DNA from: Octopus bimaculoides
Lineage: Eukaryota
DNA length: 64,000 nucleotides
Direction: 5' to 3'
Assembly (NCBI RefSeq): GCF_001194135.2
Contig: NC_068993.1
Coordinates: forward strand, 10,425,005-10,489,004
Shown here: in pieces, positions 11,627-25,290 of the stretch
How the letters are laid out: every line of letters begins with the position of its first letter
Position numbering within the stretch: position 1 is the first letter of the stretch
Translations under genes and position numbers: made by a program
The notes under the pieces: generated by a model
What the model was told of the DNA's origin: nothing
Databases searched by the model: none
The model's input: only the letters and a program-made list of their open reading frames with translations

Positions 11627-13794
11627 AAACCAGACACTGACAATAATTCGCATTTCTAGGCTGGATTTATTCTTCTATATTTCTCCACTTTTACAGGTGT
11701 CAGTCACTGGACTTTGGCCATGCTGGGACACTGCTTTCAAAGGATCTAAGTCAAACCATATGAAAGCCAGTACTTATTTAATAGTTAAACCTCTAAGTTA
11801 CATGATGAGAAAGACAACAAAATCCACAACACTGGTTTTTAGACCTGTGTAAACAAACACAGACAAGGATGTGTTTGTATCCTTTTCTTAATGGCATGTC
11901 AACTTTGGAGGATTCTTGATTCTTTAGATTATCTCCCCTCCTCAAATGGAGCAGGTTTTAATAACCATTTGGTAATAATGACATCCTCCAGAGGTGGAGA
12001 TAATTTTAATAAATCAAGAATTCATGTTGTATAGTTGCTTGAGAAGACTCGTCATACTTGAGAAGGCCTGTCAAGCCAAGTGTAATTGCAGTCATGGCCA
12101 ATACCAGTGTCATGTAACTGGCACCCATGCTGGTGGCATGTAAAAAGCACGTGCTGGGCCTCGTGGACGCAATGTGGCCGATGCTGGGATTGTGTGACTA
12201 GCATGTAAAAGCACCTTCATGTGCTGGGCCACTCTGTGGGTGAGTAAGTGAGAGTAGAAATAGTAAATGATGGAGAGGTTAAAAAAGAAAATTTTTCCTA
12301 AAATCAAAATAAGTTTAAATTGAAACAAGTTATACCTCTCACCGGCATAAATAGAAATAAAAGTAGTTATTCAAACACACCATCCCCAAGTGGACAGTTA
12401 TTACAAAAGAGATATTTTTTCATAATATATGACAGAATTAGAAATTTGAATATGAAATTAAAGAATTTTAAAGACAAAAATGCATAGAATACATTATATT
12501 TAAATTTTTTCTTTGTTTACTTATTATGAAGTTTATAAAATAGTTATAACAACAGCTAAGTGTAACCACAGAGGGAATTGATAGATGGGAAGTAGGTGAC
12601 AATGAAGAATGATATAATAGTTTTGCTTTTCATAAATGAAAGAAAAAAAAAAATCTGATCCTGGAAGGATTTGAACACACAAGGGTAGACACCCAAAGTC
12701 TCTAACCATGCAATAAAGCTTTCCAACTTTGGCAGAGTAGAGGAATCAATGAATTAACCCTGTAAAAAACTAGACACAAAGCAAAGTAGAAGATTTCAAT
12801 GTGATTTGAAACCCAAATGCAGAGGGATGTAAGTAAATGGTGCAAAGCTTTTAGTCTAACACTACTGTACCAGCCATTTCACTGCCCTAAATATACAAAT
12901 ACCCTAAATTATGTCTATGGTATGTTTCTTACAAATAAGAAATAAAATAACTCTCACTGTACTATCCGTCGCCCACTCTGTCTTTGTGTAATATATATTT
13001 TCAGTTATGGTAGAATTAAAAACGAAACATACAGTGGGTGTAAAATTTGAAACCTATTCTCATTGTCCGATGAACTAGAAATAAAGTGATAAAAACCACA
13101 GTTGACAAAGATATAGCATTTAAATACAGATAGCTTTATTTTTCTTTTGATAATGTTTCTAGCCTGAGCAAAATTTCTCAAACCGTCCTGCATGCATGCA
13201 CACACAAACACAAATATAGGGCTAAGTCACCAAACAACAAGAGCAATATATTATAATCTTTCTTGTCAACTACTATTCTCATGTCAAAAGCAATACATGG
13301 CACAATGAGTGTAACATATCTGGTATGCTGGTCAGGTGGGTTTACTGAGGTATTTGATCAGCAACCTCACAGCCCATTTACAACTGATTTGAAGAGGACA
13401 GGCTGAAGCTACTCAACGTCATAACAGCAGCAAAAAAAAAAAAAAAGTTACTTTGCGAACCTGCAGTTGCATTTGATGGAACAGTTTATTGTTGTGATAT
13501 TTAGCAATCAATCAAGTGGTTGATATGTGAAACAAACAAACACAGAAGTAATCTTAAGGGTGAATGTCTAAGTGTCTATCCATACTGCTGAGGTCAAGAA
13601 TAGACTTAATAAAAGACCAAATATTTGTTAGGGATTGAAGCTCCAAAGTTAATGTACAACTGATTTACATTTACAGCTAATTCTATGCTGTCCCATTGTT
13701 GAGGGATTAACTGTAGGAAATAAGATAGAAGTCCAGAAAACCAATTTCTCTCACAAATATCATACCACCCATGCCTGTGATGGAAAACTAAATT

Positions 13795-14130
13795 TTTTAG
13801 CTTTTGTTGCTTTCAGTCATTGGATTGTGACCAAACTGGGGGCACTGTCTTGAAGGGTGTAGTCAAACAAACCAATCTCAGTACTTATTACAAGTCTGGT
13901 ATTCATTCTATCAGTCTCTTCTGTCAGACTGCTGAGTTACGAGAATGGAAACAAACCAACACTTGTCAAGTAGTGGTGGGAGGACAAACAAACAAACACA
14001 CGCACACAGAAGCTTCCACACAGTTTCCATTTACCATGTTCACTGGGGTTATAGAAGACACTTGCCCAAGGTACTGTGCAGTGGGACTGAACCCAAAACC
14101 ATGTGGTTGAAAAGCTAGCTTCTTAACCAC
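13795..14130 (-). mobile_element. Diverged family A SINE
   Basis: Collinear with 44251-44655, with internal deletions. Confidence 0.65.
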
Positions 14131-14819
14131 AAGCAAGGATGATATCCAAATTTTGCATAGGTGGAATAGACTTCATGTCTTTCCCCAAAATATCATCATC
14201 ATCATCAGCAGCACTACCATTAGCACTAAAGCATAACATACTATATATATATCATATATATATTATATATATTACAGTAAATAGTTCTTATCTGTCTGTG
14301 TTTCCAGTTCAAATCTCACTGGAGTTAACTGGCTTTCATCCTTCCAGTCAATAAAATAAATACTATTCATATACTGAACTGATTTAATCAACTATAATCC
14401 TCCTTCCTCCCATACATATTTGTGGCCTTGTGCCAATATGAGAAATTATTATAAAAGCTGTCACAACATTAAAAACCGAGTCTCAGTAATTGCTTATCCG
14501 ATATTCCCAAATTGCTTCCACCCTGAAATTTTCTCTAAGTTTTGTTAAGCTTCATGAGGTACAACACTTTGCTGGAATATGAATGACATTGCAAGTGAGA
14601 GATTTCAACAGTCTTCAGAACTTTAGATAAAAACACAGATAGTGTGGAGGCACATGGCTTAGTGGTTTAGGGTGTTGGACTCGTGAGTGTAAGATTGTGG
14701 TTTCAATTCCTGGACGAAGGAAAACAATTTTTTTTTTTTTTGTTAATCCACAGCCCACTCAGCTGATAAATATGAGTAATCCTGCGACAGACTGGAGGAA
14801 GGAACACACACACACACAC

Positions 14820-14852
<33 letters not shown>

Positions 14853-14960
14853 TGGACTCCTCATTCGCATAATCACAGAACCCTGGAGCTATCCATAGCA
14901 TTTACTCAGCATTACCTGACACCTTTGGGTCTTATTGNNNNNNNNNNNNNNNNNNNNNNN

Positions 14961-15054
<94 letters not shown>

Positions 15055-15726
15055 AGAGGAATCGGCAAATTGGCTCTGAGTAATGTGGACTAGTCTAGAA
15101 ATATTCCAATTTCCAAATTATTTGCAAAGAATATACTACCACATTATAATGGCTTGCTTCTCATGATACAAAACCACCACTACAACAACTACTACTACTA
15201 CTACTACTACTACTACTGTCTACTCTCACTTAACTCCCAGGGCACACATATCAGGTCAGATCAGTTGAATACACAACATATGTCAGTTTGTAAACTACTA
15301 CAACACCTAACTTCTCATGAAACACAACATGTTAACCTTTACTTCTTTACCCCACCCCCGCTGCCCCCACCACCACATCCATCTGTAACATTGATTACTT
15401 TCAAAATTTTATTGTTGATCAGATCAATCTTTCCATTCAACAACACTGCACAGACTTTATAGCTGCTCAGTCCCCAGTCAGCTCAGCTCAGCTCTCACTG
15501 AGCAAACTTATGATCAAAATACGTACCAGCCTCGACTATCACATCTTATTTTCAGTGTAGCTAAAGTTTGTTACTGCTGTGTATGTTTTTTGTTTAAAAA
15601 AAAAACAAAAACAAAACATGGTGTGGTTTGAGAGAAATTCAGCTTTTATATCTAACAGGTTGAGCAATAAACTTGGTAGGAGTTTTCTTTGTTACTACCA
15701 TTTTGAAGGAAATCAAGACCATTGTC

Positions 15727-16314
15727 TTAACGTTTTAGCATTTCATCTGGCCATATCTGGCCCAAATATCCTAGCGGTTTTATGTTAAAACTGACCAGAT
15801 CCAACATCTTGCACCTACCCTACAATGTCACTCTAAAAATATACAAACATGACATTGAAATTTTGAAGCTACCAGCCAATGTGTAATTAATTCAAAACAA
15901 TGTGAACGAGTGGTAAGAAGTTTGCTTCCCAACGTTATGGTTCTGGTTTCAGTCCTATTGCATGGCACCTTGGGCAAGTGTCTTCTACTATAGCCTTGAG
16001 CCGACCAAAATCTTGTGAGTTGATTTGGAAGACAGAAACTGAAAGAAGCCCATCATATATATGTGTGTGTGTGTGTATGTGTGTGTGTGTGTATGTTTAT
16101 CCCTCCACCATCACTTGACAACTGATGTTGGTGTATTTACGTGCCCGTAACTTAGCAGTTTGGTAAAAGAGACTGATAGAATAAGTCCTGGGGTCAATTT
16201 CTTCGACTAAAAAACCCTTTAAAACTGTGCTCCAGCATGGCTGCAGTCAAATGACTGAAACAAGAGTAAAAAAACAATACATTTGACAAAGAAATCTGAA
16301 TGCTAAAGTTTTAA
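15727..16314. mobile_element. piggyBac-type MITE split by a family A SINE (~15908-16272, +)
   Basis: MITE left part 15727-15907 and right part 16279-16314 (acatttgac...tgctaaagttTTAA) flank a SINE A copy. Confidence 0.75.
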
Positions 16315-16443
16315 AGCACATCAGGTTGAGTTGATTGGTTTTTAGACTGCTGCCATCATTCTCTATTACCAAACACTGCATTATGATAATAGTGAAAAAA
16401 ATTTAAGTCTCAAGAAACCCACACAGTTCACGTCATTTTATCT

Positions 16444-16781
16444 GTGAAGGTGCATGGTTTAATGGTTAGAGTGTTGGACTCACAACCATGAGGTAGTGAG
16501 TTCGATTCCCAGACTGGGCTGTGTGTTGTGTCCTTGACTTAGGCACTATATTTCACGTTGCTCCAGTTCACTCAGTTGTAGAAATGAGTTGTAACGTCAC
16601 TCGTGCCAAGCTGGACTGGCCTTTGCCTTTCCCTTGGATAACATTGGTGGTGTGGAGAGAGGAGGGTGGTATACATGGGCAACTGCTGGTCTTCCATGAA
16701 TAACCTTGCCTGGACTTGTACCTTGGAGAAATTTCTAGGTGCAATCCCATGGTCATTCATGACCGAAGGAGGTCTATTACC
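16444..16781 (+). mobile_element. Family E SINE
   Basis: gtgaaggtgcatggtttaatggttagag...gagttcgattccc; reverse complement of 7371-7707. Confidence 0.85.
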
Positions 16782-18228
16782 CTTTATACGGATATTACAA
16801 AGTAGGAAGAGCTCACAGCTTAAAGCAGCAACACTGCTACAGTGACAAGTGTTTCATTCATAATGCAACTTATGTGAAAATAGCTTGGAGAGGAATGATC
16901 TTAATTACGTTAACTTTTCCTAGGTAGACAATACAAAGACCAAGTCTTCAGTGATGCCTCACAACCCAGTAAATTATAGGACTCACCAACAAACTGTGTT
17001 GGCCAGGTAGATGAGAGGAGCAAAGAAAATGAACTCTGCTTTGTAGAGGTAATTTGGTGATTGTAGTAAAGATTGTAAAACTAGACCAGGTTTAGAGTAA
17101 ACTGGATTTTTGTTTTTGTTTTCTTTTTCGCAGGTGTAAGGCCACAGTTTATGAGAAGAGACGAAATGAATGGCTGTTCATGTAATGTGAACGAGGAAAA
17201 GATTCTCAGTTATAGACTTAGGTTTACCAGAAACTGGGCATAAATGGCCAAGCCTACTTTAGTTAATCGCGAACCTATATAGGAAAACAAAACTAAATTC
17301 AACATAGCAGTATTATATTAGAATCTGGAGAGGAAGGAATTTATGACAGTTTGTTAATTGAGAACTAGGTGTGTTGTTTAATTGTAAGAGCATAGAAGAG
17401 AAAGGAAGACGGGAGGAGTAGAAATAGACAGAGGGGGTAAGATATGAATGATGGACCAGACAGAAATGGGGAGTGGAAATACATTCTTGAATTAGAATAA
17501 AATATAGACAGATATAAAAATGCCATATCTTGATTGACCTCAGATTTAAATAACCCTGATTAAAGAAAATATAAACACATTTTGAGGGTAGATATTACAG
17601 ATTTTACAGAAAAAGTAACAAATAAAAACACTTAACTACTAGTAGAAAAGAAGAGAAAAAAATAATCAATCAGCTTATTACAATAGAATGAACACAACCC
17701 CCAAAATCAGTTGCTGAATTCAGATTTCTTGGTCCAGGAGTTAAAACTACTAAAACTTTATCTGATTCTTTGATCAGTAATGTTCCTTCTAAGCTAAGCA
17801 GATGTATCAGATATACCATCTATCAATGCACATAAATTTAAATAGATTTATTTGTAAAACAGGTTCCATGCATCTTTATAACATGTCATATCACAATCTG
17901 TTATAGTTGCATTTCAATGCAGGTAACATTTAAGAGATACATGTCAAAATTTATCATTATACCACCCAAGTTAACCTGTAGTCACAACTTCATCGTGAAC
18001 ATATTTAATCGTTTGTGCATAGAAACAATTCTAAACATGATCAGTAAATAAGAAAAACAATACAAAGAATATGCAAAGTGTAAAGCTAAAAGATACAGAA
18101 GGAAAAAAAATGTAAAAATGTTAATTCCTTATTCAGTTATGTTTCTTATTCCACATCACTTTTCCGTGTAATTACTGTAGTTACTTAAGCAGAACGTTAA
18201 CTCAATTCGACAAATGAAATTAACTTAC

Positions 18229-18277
18229 TTTTATCTTTAATCTGCTTCGAAATTCTCTTTTCCAATGAAAGCCATTG
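18229..18277 (-). CDS. EPB41: Protein 4.1-family coding exon, 49 nt, phase 0 to 1: QWLSLEKRISKQIKDK
   Basis: ttttctatttcag|CAA TGG CTT ... GAT AAA A|gtaagt. It matches the FERM xWLxxxKxIxKQ motif, and its phases join both neighbouring exons without a frameshift. Confidence 0.93.
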
Positions 18278-18400
18278 CTGAAATAGAAAATAATTATAAA
18301 CATGACTCTTGGTTAAAAAAAAAAAACAAACATCATTACAAATTTCTTTTGACTAGGTATTAAGGCAGAGAAGAACTATAAGCAATTTTACTTTGGTACA

Positions 18401-18600
18401 TTTACTCTTTTACTCGTTTCAATCATTTTGACTGTGGCCATGCTGGAGCAATGCCTTTAGTCGAGCAAATCAACCATCGACCCCAGGACTTATTCTTTGT
18501 AAGCCTAGTACTTATTCTATCGGTCTCTTTTGCCGAACTGCTAAGTTACGGGGACGTAAACACACCAGCATCAGTTGTCAAGCAATGTTGGGGGGGACAA

Positions 18601-18681
<81 letters not shown>

Positions 18682-18835
18682 GGGCTTCTTCCAGTTTCTG
18701 TCAACCAAATCCACTCACAAGGCTTTGGTCAGCCCGGGCCTATAGTAGAAGACACTTGCCCAAGGTGCCACGCAGTGGGACTGAACCTGGAACCATGTGG
18801 TTGGTAAGCAAGCTACTTACCACACAGCCACTCCT
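18401..18835 (-). mobile_element. Family A SINE with an expanded internal (TA)n, 124 bp from the 49-nt exon acceptor
   Basis: Collinear with 44251-44655. Confidence 0.85.
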
Positions 18836-19747
18836 ACTTACTTTGCTGTGAAGGAGATAGACCCAGTGGCAAGTCTGATTCAAGACTAGTACATCCTGCC
18901 AGCTTTAAGAGGCTGCAGAAAATCCAGTCTGTGGAAACCACCTTAGAAATCCCCTTCAAAATAAGACCATTCAATTGACTGTTAATGGCTTGCTAACTGA
19001 CACACTATAACCTCTGTCCTGTAGACGCCCTGTCTCTCTTCTGTCTATTCTACCACTTCTACAATAACCTCTAAGCATCTGAACTAATTGGGTATCACTG
19101 CCACTATTTCTCCTCTTCTCACTTCTATTGTGTATCCCTCATCTCCTCCAGTCCCAGCACTAGCAATCCCCCCCCCCCNNNNNNNNNNTCCCGGCTACTG
19201 AGGTTTTCTTCTTTTTTTTTTACTCCCGCTTTCCTGCAGGCATAAACATATAAACCATCCATCCATCTCACCAATCTAGGGAAATCTGCAAAGTTCATGG
19301 CCACTGTCCCTTTCTCCTGACAAAAGTGCCAATAAATAAATGGAATGAATGAGTAAAAAAAAAAAAAAAAAAGCTTATAATTTAATTAAATCATTCTTTG
19401 ATCTTGGTACACTCAATAACATTACACACTCAAACACACTGTAAAAGTTTAATTATTTCTATTCTAATCAGGGAACATTTATTTTATTTCATTTTATTTG
19501 ATTGAACATTTTTTTTTTTACATTTGTACAAAGCCACAAGAACACAACTAAATCAAATCCAGTACATTTGGCTGGCATTTTACTGTTATTGACCCATGAT
19601 AGAAAAGAGGTTAAGTCTTCAACCCCAACATGATGTGAACTTAAACAAAAGTTGTGGGATTTAACTAAATATGTAAGGCACTTTGTCAATCACTCAAAGA
19701 AATTCTGCCATTCTACCAACCAATAAAAATAATAAAAGTAATAATAA

Positions 19748-19945
19748 TGGTTTCAAATTTTTCCCCAAGGGTAGCAATTTTGAGGGAGGGGATAAGCTGA
19801 TTACCTCAATGTTCATTTTATTGATCCTAAAAGGATGAAAGGCAAACTCAACTTCAGCGGAATTTGAACTCAGAACATGCAGACTGACAGACGAAATGTC
19901 ATTAAGCATTTCGTCCAGCACACTACAGATTCTGCCAGCTCGCCA
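19748..19945 (-). mobile_element. Family B SINE
   Basis: aaaggatgaaaggcaaactcaacttcagcggaatttgaactcagaac...ttctgccagctcgcc. Confidence 0.75.
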
Positions 19946-20018
19946 ATAATAATAATCGGGAACGTAAACAAACAAACATCAATTATCAAGTAGTGGTGGA
20001 GGAGACAAAGACACATAT

Positions 20019-20083
<65 letters not shown>

Positions 20084-20085
20084 AG

Positions 20086-20612
20086 GAGCTTGCTTACCAG
20101 CCACATGGTTTTGGGTTCAGTCCCACTGCGTAGCACCTTGGGCAAGTGTCTTCTACTATAGCCTCGGACCGACCAAAGCCTTGTGAGTGGATTTGGTAGA
20201 CGGAAACTGAAAGAATCCCGTCATATATATATATGTATATATAATGTGTGTGTGTGTGTGTTTGGGTGTCTGTGTTTTTCCCTACAACATTGCTTGACAA
20301 CTGATGCTGGTGTGTTTACATCCCGTAACTTAGCAGCTTGGCAAAAGAGACTGATAGAATAAGTACGAGGCTTACAAAGAATAAGTCCTGGTGCTCCAGC
20401 ATGGCTGCAGTGAAATGATTGAAAAGAGTAAAAGAGTAAGAGTATTGGAAGACAGGCTTCTTACAGTTTCAGTCTACCAGACCCATCTACAAGGCATTCG
20501 TTGGCCTAGGGCTATAGTAGAAGCTTGCCCATGGTGCCATGCAGTGGGACTGAATCCAAGGTCACATGGTTGGGATACAAGCTTCTTAACCAAACCACAT
20601 AGTCACGCCTAC
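20086..20612. mobile_element. Family A SINE (+, ~20086-20440) followed by an inverted family A head fragment (-, ~20449-20612)
   Basis: The second fragment is the reverse complement of the first copy's 5' part (cagtgggactgaa vs ttcagtcccactg). Confidence 0.75.
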
Positions 20613-21253
20613 ACATTTCACTATTTTTCAACTTCTATTCAACAAATAAAGGGGGGAAAAAAACGTGCTGAACTAAGTGGGCCGAGTACTTGCAGGCCAT
20701 GTTTGCATGTAACTGTTGTGCATATTACACACACACACACCTTTCATTCCCATTCCTCACCAGTTCACTGTTTAATAAAGAGGTCACTATCAAGCCAGGC
20801 TTTTATCTGACTAATCCTCCTCAACTGTTAGGCTGGATGGAAATAATAGCTTATTCAGGTCACTCCCCTCCCCCTACGTGAACGGCAACTTGTTTTTCTT
20901 TTGCTTCTTCCCCAATATAACAATCAGCCTAAAAATATTTGAGAAGGTTTGAGAAATACTATAAAACGATAACAAGAGAAAAAGAAGATAAAAATATCTG
21001 CATAAACTAAGACTCTTCAGTTAGAAATTAACGTGAGATTTGAGATGTCTGATATAAAACTTTCTCAGAAGCTCAGGTTTATAAAATGTTTCCTACACAG
21101 CCATAAACCAATTTATAGATGATTTTCATATATTTTCTTTCTTTTACTACAGGAAAAAATAAAGCTGTTACGTTGATTCTTTTCCTAAGGCTATGTGTTA
21201 TTGTGTACACAATTTGGAAACATGGAAACAATACCAAGTCAGATTCTCATAAA

Positions 21254-21255
<2 letters not shown>

Positions 21256-21324
<69 letters not shown>
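21256..21324. repeat. (TG)n microsatellite
   Basis: Seen directly. Many other (TA)n, (CA)n, (GA)n, (GAT)n and (TAC)n tracts occur throughout. Confidence 0.95.
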
Positions 21325-21328
<4 letters not shown>

Positions 21329-23239
21329 GTCAATTCAAATTAATGAAAAAAACCCCAAAAAAACACATGTGAGGATGTGCACAAGAAATGTATTAGCTTG
21401 ACATTCAGTGAAAGAGAGTTTGAGGTTTCGAGCATAGCTCTTCGTCGGAAAGGAGAAAGGGAAAAGTTCAAAGAGGGAGTAGAAATCACCAAGGCACACT
21501 TGTTATATTGCCATATATATAATGTGTATATGTATATAGGTATGTAGTTTTGTGATATGAGGGAGATTTAGCTACAATTTCTTACAGGCCAAGCAATCAC
21601 ACAACCTTTTTCATTTGCTTGTTCACATATAGTTTTTATGCTGGAATGGGTTTGTTGCCTTTGCAATACAACAGACGTCTATCTCTCTCTCTCTTATGAA
21701 TAAATAAGAAATGTTACTCAAAAGAACCTGTGTATCATGTACTAGTTCACGATAAATTGGTGCTGTCCTTGGGTACATGGTTTAGTTTGGCATTTTTAAC
21801 TGTGAACAACCTTCATATTACTAACAAGCACAAGCCATGCGACTTTTTCGACTTTTTCATAATAGAAGCATAAGAGAAATTATTTTAAAAGGTTACACTT
21901 AATGCTTACAGAAATGAATAAAAAGAAACAGGAAAATTTAATGTATATATCCGAAAAATATTCTTTCCTTCAATCTATTATCAATATCTTATGAAAGTCG
22001 AAAATATTAGGAGAGAAATTCAAAAGTGACATCAAACAACTTCAGCTGCAAAGTTAACCAGCAAACAAGCTATTCTTAAAAGGTATTAGTGAAAAAGGTA
22101 TTACGCAAAATGTAATGAGAGAAAGACAGAGGAAGAAAAGCTATATGATACAATGTGTGCAGTACATTCAAATTTCATTATTTGACCACAACAAAGAAAG
22201 ATACAAACAATAGCAAATGAGTAAACATATTTGCATTGAGCTTCTCTGTACAATCCCACCCTTAGACACAATTGAAAGAAGTGTAATGTAATACAGAGAG
22301 AATAAATCTGAACATCTCTTTCTCCCACTGTTACTACAGCATGTTGTGACCCACAACATACACACAACCTGCCAATAAATGCAATAGGAAACTCTGCAGT
22401 AATGAGGAAAAAGAAAAAAACCCTGTTCAAATCTAAAGTAAACTTGATAGATTTATTGGTTTCTTTTTACTTGCTTTACATTAAAAATCCATTGGTAAAC
22501 ACGGAATTGCATATATTAGAAGAGAAAACCAATTCCAGCTGTTACTACTGTTTATAACACTGATGATGGTGAAAGGTTTTAGAGCTGAGATGTGTCTGGT
22601 CTGTCATCCAAACTTAGTGTAATGGCCTTGTAGTTGTGGTTAGCAGCATGTGATTGGTCAAAGCTTATTGATGGGTCAGCAGAATAAAAACAGAATCAGT
22701 AACACAAACCATGACTATTAATGAGCTTTTACTTAGATACACATGCATGCACAGGATCTATGCCCTAAGATATATAGAAACAATGTCCTGAGAACATACT
22801 GGTTAAAGTATGAATTTAAACATTGATGCTTATGTCCTCATAATATAACTGTTAGTCTTATCAAGATAATTGCTTCTAACTGTTTTCAACAAGTTTTTAG
22901 CAATAAGGACTATTTTAAAAGCTACAAATATTATATTCAACCATTTTGAGATCATCATCAAACATCCATTTACTGACATTGCTAATTATTACTGGAAAAT
23001 CAATTTTGAAAGCAAACTTTGATATAGAAGTCTTTTTCCTACCTTCTCTTTATAAAAGGACTGGTTATGTTCCAACAAGTATGTTTGTGCCCACTTTAGT
23101 TTAAGTTTCCATGCAGCAGGGGTCTCAAAGTATCTCCAACCCTCAAGATTTTACTATCATATAGACCAGTGGTTCTTAACCAGTGGCCACATGGCCCTTG
23201 GTTGGGAAGCAAGCTTCTTACCACTCAGCCAGGCCTGCA

Positions 23240-23299
<60 letters not shown>

Positions 23300-23303
<4 letters not shown>

Positions 23304-23544
23304 GGGTGTTCAAAAAGTCTCTCTCCAGTAAGTATTTAATGGTTTTTGGGCAATTCTTGTACACTGATCCTTTACTTGCTGCCCAGCCAAAAAAAGTCTG
23401 GCAGTGTTAAACCAGGTGATCTCGGTGGCCAAAGTCCCTTTGAAATAATCTGTTTACCAAAAAACTCTTGAAGTAGTGTCATGGTGATGCACAGGATGAA
23501 AAAAAAAAATTCACTGCAGAAAAACTTTTCGAATACCCTGTATA
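23300..23544 (-). mobile_element. Tc1/mariner-superfamily deletion derivative (~245 bp) with a transposase remnant
   Basis: TA-flanked inverted ends TATAGGGTGTTCAAAAAGT / ACTTTTCGAATACCCTGTATA. The minus-strand peptide LQEFFGKQIISKGLWPPRSPGLTLPDFFWLG matches the mariner/maT WPPRSPDLxPxDFFLWG motif. Confidence 0.85.
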
Positions 23545-23765
23545 CACACACACACACACATACATGTGTGTTCTACTTGGCATGTAAACTCTGTAAAGTA
23601 GTTGGCATTAGGAAGGGCTTCCAGCTGTAGAAATCATGCCAAAACTGTCACTGGAGTTCAATGTAGCCCTGTGGCTTGCTGGAATCTGTCAAACCATCCA
23701 ATCCATGCCAGTATTGAAAATGGACATTAAATGATGATGATGATGATGCTACATCTATGTGTGTA

Positions 23766-23861
<96 letters not shown>

Positions 23862-24961
23862 NNNNNNNNNNNNNNNNNNNNNNNNNNNNNNNNNNNNNNN
23901 NNNNNNNNNNNNNNNNNNNNNNNNNNNNNNNNNNNNNNNNNNNNNNNNNNNNNNNNNNNNNNNNNNNNNNNNNNNNNNNNNNNNNNNNNNNNNNNNNNNN
24001 NNNNNNNNNNNNNNNNNNNNNNNNNNNNNNNNNNNNNNNNNNNNNNNNNNNNNNNNNNNNNNNNNNNNNNNNNNNNNNNNNNNNNNNNNNNNNNNNNNNN
24101 NNNNNNNNNNNNNNNNNNNNNNNNNNNNNNNNNNNNNNNNNNNNNNNNNNNNNNNNNNNNNNNNNNNNNNNNNNNNNNNNNNNNNNNNNNNNNNNNNNNN
24201 NNNNNNNNNNNNNNNNNNNNNNNNNNNNNNNNNNNNNNNNNNNNNNNNNNNNNNNNNNNNNNNNNNNNNNNNNNNNNNNNNNNNNNNNNNNNNNNNNNNN
24301 NNNNNNNNNNNNNNNNNNNNNNNNNNNNNNNNNNNNNNNNNNNNNNNNNNNNNNNNNNNNNNNNNNNNNNNNNNNNNNNNNNNNNNNNNNNNNNNNNNNN
24401 NNNNNNNNNNNNNNNNNNNNNNNNNNNNNNNNNNNNNNNNNNNNNNNNNNNNNNNNNNNNNNNNNNNNNNNNNNNNNNNNNNNNNNNNNNNNNNNNNNNN
24501 NNNNNNNNNNNNNNNNNNNNNNNNNNNNNNNNNNNNNNNNNNNNNNNNNNNNNNNNNNNNNNNNNNNNNNNNNNNNNNNNNNNNNNNNNNNNNNNNNNNN
24601 NNNNNNNNNNNNNNNNNNNNNNNNNNNNNNNNNNNNNNNNNNNNNNNNNNNNNNNNNNNNNNNNNNNNNNNNNNNNNNNNNNNNNNNNNNNNNNNNNNNN
24701 NNNNNNNNNNNNNNNNNNNNNNNNNNNNNNNNNNNNNNNNNNNNNNNNNNNNNNNNNNNNNNNNNNNNNNNNNNNNNNNNNNNNNNNNNNNAAGTCTGTG
24801 TCAACAACCTGGTAAATGGGTGTCGGTTGTAGTTAAGTGGACGAGCAGAAGGTAATAAAAAAAAAAAGGGGCAATGTCATTCACCCTGTCCAGATTCTGC
24901 ATAACCTTACTATTGCATTTCTCACAAAGTACTACAATAAACTACTACTACTACTACTACT

Positions 24962-25290
24962 TTTACACCATCATCATCATCATTTAACGTCCGTTGTTGA
25001 TGCTAGTATGGGTTGGACAGTTTGACTGGGCTGGCATGCTGAAAGGCTGCACCAGACTCCAGTCTGATTTGGCATGGTTTGCTTCGGCTGGATGCCCTTC
25101 CTAATGCCAACCACTCCGAGAGTGTAATGGGTACTTTCATGTACCACTGGCATGAGTACCATTTGCGTGACACCGGCATGGGTACCATTTGCGTGACACC
25201 TGGGTGCGTTTACATGCCACCACCACAGGTGCCATTTGCATGACACCAAGACGCATTTACATGCCACCGGCATGGGTGCCAACTTGCGTC
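24962..25290 (-). mobile_element. Family D LINE 3' end with an internal tandem minisatellite
   Basis: (CAT)n tail at 24968-24982 and ggatgcccttcctaatgccaacc core. The unit ggcatg(g/a)gtaccatttgcgtgacacc is repeated at ~25149-25200. Confidence 0.7.

Noticed and set aside
17134-17221. Plus-strand exon-like segment after a strong acceptor (possible nested antisense gene)
   Set aside because: The donor is weak, there are no partner exons and the peptide is not recognisable.
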